Shown: positions 42,801 to 64,000 of the stretch, piece by piece
Numbering within the stretch: position 1 is the stretch's first letter
Layout of the letters: each line of letters opens with the position of its first letter
Assembly: GCF_036321535.1 (NCBI RefSeq)
Contig: NC_087436.1
Coordinates: 32,366,001-32,430,000, forward strand
From: Camelus dromedarius
Taxonomy: Eukaryota
Length of the DNA stretch: 64,000 nucleotides
Direction: 5' to 3'
Position numbers and translations under genes: made by a program
Notes under the pieces: generated by a model
What the model was told of the DNA's origin: nothing
Databases searched by the model: none
The model's input: only the letters and a program-made list of their open reading frames with translations

Positions 42801-42871
42801 AAGTTAATAATATAATCAGCTTTGTCTTTTAGAATAAGCTGGCCGCAGTGTGAAGTATAAATTGGAGTGGA

Positions 42872-43405
42872 TGTGGAGGACATTTATCATGTTTGTAGCC
42901 ACTCTTCCCAAAGACCCTTCCACATTTGAGAACTTCTCATGTTGACCTTCTCCTCTTAGATAGAAGCCAAAATGCATTCACTCTCTCTCTCTCATCTACC
43001 CTTGCAGCCAGGGCATGAATTTGTGTTTCTGGCTCTGCCAGTACCTGCCTCCAGTGTGAGACTTGCTAAGGAGTGGAGCAAAAGTGAGCAACATGAGCAA
43101 AATTGATTTTGGCGAGGGAGCAAGGTCAGTGGCTTAAATTTTGGAGAAAGCAGTGGCACAGCTCCTGGAACCTAGTCCCACAGCTTCATCAGCATGGATG
43201 TGGGATCTGTGCTGAGCCAGGGTTGGTAGGGTGTCTTTTCTGGGGCAGCTCCTGCATTGTGATCCAACCATTGTTCCTAGGTGCAAAGCCTGAATCTCTA
43301 TCCCTCCTAGAGTCTATGAGCTAATATCCTTTAATAAATACATTCTCTGCATAAACTACCTAGGTTAGATTCTGATGTTTGCAACTACAAAACCATGACT
43401 GATAA
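42872..43405 (+). mobile_element. ERVL-type LTR (LTR16/LTR33-like)
   Basis: CCCTTGCAGCCAGGGCATG; AATAAAT...TTAGATTCTGATGTTTGCAAC...TGACTGATA end. Confidence 0.55.
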
Positions 43406-45351
43406 AGGAGGCAAGAGTAGATGCTTGGAGACAAGCAGGTTATTGCACTAGTTCAGATGAGATATGTTAGTGACTTGGATTGGGGCAGTGAAATTGGGAA
43501 TTAAAAGCATATAAAATATATTTTAGAGGTAGCCTGGCAGGATAAGTTGGTGATTAGATGAGGTAAAAGAATATGTTAAGAATGATTTCCAGGATTCTGA
43601 CAGCAGCAAGTAATGCAGATGCCATTTACTGGATTAAATACTGAGCAGGAAAAGGAAGAGTGCAGTTGAACTAAATAACGTTCTTATAGACAACAAAGGA
43701 ATGCCAGATATGCCCACAAGACAGATAAAAATGGAATGTCATTATAAAATGAACTGAAAGAAATAATTTTAAGTCATGGAAAATTGAAAAAAATGACAAA
43801 TTATAATTTGAAAAACTGAAAAGTGCGAAAAATTTTCTGAAATGGAGAAATAATAGGAAGATATGAAAATATTGCTGGCAGAGTTCAGGAAAGAATAAGA
43901 AACTTATAAGGTGCCACAGACTACTTCATAAGGGAGATTGAAGATGGAGGAAAATTAAAATAACAGAAACAACAGATAAAAATGATTTGGAAAAAGTGAT
44001 GGATATAAAAATTAGGCACAGATTATTTAACATACATATTGTAGAAGCCCTTAAAGAAGACAACCAAAGCAATAAAACAGAACAAATTCTAAAAACTATA
44101 ATTCAAGAAACATCTTCTGAAAGAAAACTCACATATGTATATGAAGAGGAAGCTCAATTTGAAAGAAGGGAGGAAAGGAAAAAAACAAGTGTGGTAAGTA
44201 GAAAGTACAGAATAAGTTGGGACATAAATGCAATAGAACTGTAAAGACATAGTAAAATAAATCAGAAATGATAATAAATGTCAACAAAGTAAACTACAGA
44301 GGTAATTACATTGGATTAAAAAAATTCAGCTATATGGTATGTATGAGAAGCACCTGAAGCATAAAGACACATTAAGACTGAAAAAGATGATGAAAAATAC
44401 ACCTAAATTGTGTCAAAGCAAAATGTATTTGTCTTTAGCCTTCAACATTTAGCTAGGAGTTCCGTTAATGATTTCCATTTTTAAGGGGAAATTCTTATTT
44501 CTAATGATGTTTGTATCCCTAAGAGAAGGGTTTACATAATTTTCGTTGCCAAAGTTGGATTACCAATGTATTAAAATGTGTTAATTCTAATAGATATTGC
44601 AAAATTGCTTTATCATTTACACTCTAATCAATAATAACTGAGAATGCCTTGCTCTTCTTAGCACTATTATTTTTTACCAATCTTTTTGATAAAGGGAAAT
44701 GATTTTGTTTTTATTTTGCATTTCTCCAACTATAAATATGGTTGAGCATATTTTCTTTTGGTTGATCATATGGACTTTCTCCTTTGTGAATTATTTGTTC
44801 AAATCTTTTGTCCATTTTTCTAATGGGTTGTTTGTCTTTTTCTTATTAATGTTAACTGTAGAATTTGTTACAGATTATTATTTTTCTTCTCACTGCCTTA
44901 GGCAAAAATGTCCAAAACAATGTTGAATAATTATGACATTGGGTATTTCCTGACTATTTAATGGAATTGGCTCCAATATTTGTCTTATTATAAAAATCAG
45001 AGGAAGCATTAGACTTAACAGTTTATCATATTTAAGTAGTTTCATTCTCCATTTTATGTTGAGTATTTCATTAACAATGGCTGTCCCACTATCAAATATT
45101 CTTTTTCCTCATGTTAATTAATCGCATTGTTAAGTTCTTCAGTGTTAAAATGTTTATCATCATTAAAATATAAAAGTATTTTCAGATAAAGATAGAGAAC
45201 CAATGTATTTACCATTTGCAAAATTAATTTTTAAAAGTTAATTGGATCCTTTTAAACAGGCAAGATTTAAAAATGAGTTTACTGAGTAACTTATTTTAAA
45301 TTAAAAGTATTTAATTAAATAAATCAAAAGATAAAGTAACTTATCACTGTA

Positions 45352-45357
45352 TTTATT
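45352..45357 (-). terminator. PLK4 distal poly(A) signal (a proximal AATAAA also lies at 45842-45847)
   Basis: TTTATT on + is AATAAA on -, about 520 nt after the stop codon, followed by T-rich sequence. Confidence 0.65.
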
Positions 45358-45875
45358 ATTTTTTATAAAATGCATTTGCAGAAATGTTTCATCAGAAACT
45401 GGTGCTACAAAAATAAATATAAAACATATATACATGTTTACATATGTTATTTATAACATAAATATACATCATTTACACGTTCAAAATTCAAAAACTCCAG
45501 CATGTTTTGTCCATGATTCGTAACATGCCTAGGAAGTAGGGAAAACAAAAAAAGCAAAAACATACCACAAACTATTTCTACGTTTGCTTTAAAAGGTTAT
45601 TCAATACAGATATATGAACACAGTAATTTTGAGAGTATATGTTCTAAGAGCAAAGTTAGGTGTCCTATTTTAACTTTTAACTACTACATTTTTTAAGTGA
45701 CTCAAGTTTTTCCTGCTTTGTTCTCTCATTAGAATACATCTATATGGTATAGATTAAAATTATCTTTTATGGAAAGGCTTTCTAAAGAAATTTTTTAAAA
45801 TAAAAAGAAGTCACTTTACTTGAAAGCCAACAAAAATGTTATTTATTAAACTTATATATCTAGAAGGAGCTTTAA

Positions 45876-62138
<16,263 letters not shown>

Positions 62139-62246
62139 ATTTCCAGGCACCGGTCAGTGCTCCCCGGATTAGCTCCCTTCACACAGTCCTTTCGAGGCAG
62201 CGCTCCAAGCAGCAAGCGAGTGTTGGCGCCCATCAGGCTTGACTGT

Positions 62247-62333
62247 CTAGGCCGCCGCTCCCGGCGACAGCACAGCCACGCAAAGGTCTCCCGGGCACCT
62301 TCCGAGGCCTGGGCGGCGCCTCCGCGCTTCCAT
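62247..62333 (-). other. PLK4 uORF1 (28 aa, MEARRRRPGLGRCPGDLCVAVLSPGAAA*)
   Basis: AAAATGG start in the 5' leader; TAG at 62249-62247. Confidence 0.7.
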
Positions 62334-62905
62334 TTTGAAAAACTCCCGCCGGTTGCCGTCCTAGCAAGGCTAGCGGTGACGTAATGAGACAGCTCGCTCC
62401 GGAGAGGCTGCGCCCGGGTGCGCATGCGTACAGGCACTATCTGCGCCGCTTGCTCAAGTTTCCCCGCCTCCGGGCCAACGACCGGAAGTGCTTCGGCGGT
62501 CTACAGCTTGGCTGCAAGTGTTGGCGGTCCTGCCTTTTGCAGGCCTCAGCGGGATGATAAAAAAAGGTAACCTGAGAGATGATATATTTTCACCTGGTCA
62601 GTTCCTCACTTTACAGTCTGAAAAGCTACTTCTTCCAATTCTGTAAAGGTTTTAAAGTGATTTTTAAACTCCAACTACTTAAACTTGACTGAACAGCACA
62701 GAGAAAACAAAAAATTACCGTGGCTTGAACACTCCTTTATACCTGTGTGCTTACTCCAGTTTTTCCTAAGTGTAATTAATGTGTGCGGTGCTTTAAGAAA
62801 ATGAACTCCATGATTTTGGTACATTTTCATTAAGTATAATGTTCTTTGTATAATAACTCACGTTTGAGAGATTTCACACACGTGATATATATGCTGAAAA
62901 AAGAC

Positions 62906-63024
62906 ATGGGGGGAGGGTATAGCTCGAGGTTAGAGTACGTGCTTAGCATGCGTCAGGTCCTGGGTTCAATCCCCTGTACCTGCATTAAATAAATAATAAT
63001 AATAATAAAGAAACAAACCTAATT
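62906..63024 (+). mobile_element. Vic-1-like SINE upstream of PLK4
   Basis: A and B boxes; (AAT)n tail; TSD AAAAAAGAC. Confidence 0.83.
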
Positions 63025-63464
63025 AAAAAAGACTTATAAGGTTGGTATGATAGACTTTATACAGATAGAAGATTGTGATATTCAGTAAGAATATATAACA
63101 AACTGAGAGCCACTCCACAAAGTTAGGTCTATTTCTAAATGGAAAGCTCTTTTCATCTACATTAATGGTTATATCAAGTTCACCTAAGTTTGTCTACCTG
63201 CGAGCTGTATAAAAGCTCTGTTCATAGAAAAATCAACTTTTACCATTTCTGGAAATTCTTTAAAAGTTGTATGTTATAATGCTTGAGCAGCTGGTTCCAG
63301 AGTCCAGTCTTCCAATTAGACTTGCTTTTGCTGTTAAATTTCAGAAGTTCCTGTAATTCGCTGTCATTGTGGGTTGTTTTTTTTTTTTTTTAATTTCAGG
63401 GGAGTGTTTATTCTTTATTCTGTTAATACCAGGTATTGTATTGACTTTAAAAAAAATTATTCTA

Positions 63465-64000
63465 GAGCAGTTTTGTAGATGTTCTTAATCCAGTTAAGGA
63501 ACATCCCCTCTACTCGTAGCTTATTGAGAGTTTTTGTCATGAATGGTTGGATTTTGTCAAATAACATTCTCTTCATCTATTGATATAATCATGTAATTTT
63601 TCTTTCTTCGCCTGTTGATGTGATGGATTACATTAATTGATTTTTGAATGTTGAACCAGCTTTGCACACCTGAGATAGATCTCACTTGGTCATAGTGTAT
63701 AATTCTTTTAATATATTTTTTGATTCAATTTGCTGATATTTGTTGAGGATTTTTGCATGTGTGTTAATGAGATATTTGTCTGTAGTTTCTTTCCTTGTAA
63801 TGTCTTCCCCTGGTTTTGGTGTTACAGTAATGCCGACCCAAGAGAGAGAGTTAGGAAGTATTCCCTCTGCTTCTATCTTCTGAAGGAGATTGCAGAGAAT
63901 TTGTGTAATTTCTTCCTTAAAGTTTGATAGGATTCACCAGTGAACCCATCTGGGCCTGATGCTTTCTCTTTTGGAAGGTTATTCATTATTGATTCAATTT
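63465..64000 (-). mobile_element. L1 ORF2 fragment, runs off the window end
   Basis: TGTTGAACCAGCTTTGCACACCTGAGAT; TTTGTTGAGGATTTTTGCAT; TTCACCAGTGAACCCATCTGGGCCTG. Confidence 0.85.

Noticed and set aside
43987..44244. 85-aa ORF between MFSD8 and PLK4
   Set aside because: Looks like a decayed L1 ORF1-type remnant in A-rich repeat sequence
62560..62575. AAG|GTAACC donor suggesting a divergent transcript from the PLK4 promoter
   Set aside because: A single moderate motif with no identifiable downstream exon; not supportable from sequence alone

Overview
Mammalian (eukaryotic, intron-containing) genomic DNA, most likely camelid (alpaca/llama/camel), judged from nine copies of a tRNA-derived SINE resembling the camelid Vic-1 family and the absence of Alu, Bov-tA or PRE-1. 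The window holds the syntenic ABHD18-MFSD8-PLK4 block. (1) The complete MFSD8/CLN7 gene is on the + strand: 12 coding exons, 7618-37443, 1560 nt, 519 aa. (2) The complete PLK4 gene is on the - strand: 16 coding exons, 62138-45876, 2901 nt, 966 aa, convergent with MFSD8. (3) A probable non-coding first exon and intron 1 of ABHD18 lie on the - strand and share a CpG-island promoter with MFSD8. All coding splice junctions were read by hand; all are GT-AG and preserve the frame. A frameshifted RPLP1 processed pseudogene with target-site duplications sits in PLK4 intron 10. The rest is L1, L2, MIR, LTR and hAT-MER debris. I found no clearly new biological system. The most interesting signals are dosage-control features: two PLK4 uORFs (one ends at a stop codon split by an intron), a consensus alternative donor in PLK4 intron 1, a possible spliced MFSD8 uORF overlapping ABHD18 in antisense, and a sense-oriented retrocopy poly(A) signal inside PLK4. 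Comparisons with human sequences are from memory and need checking by alignment.
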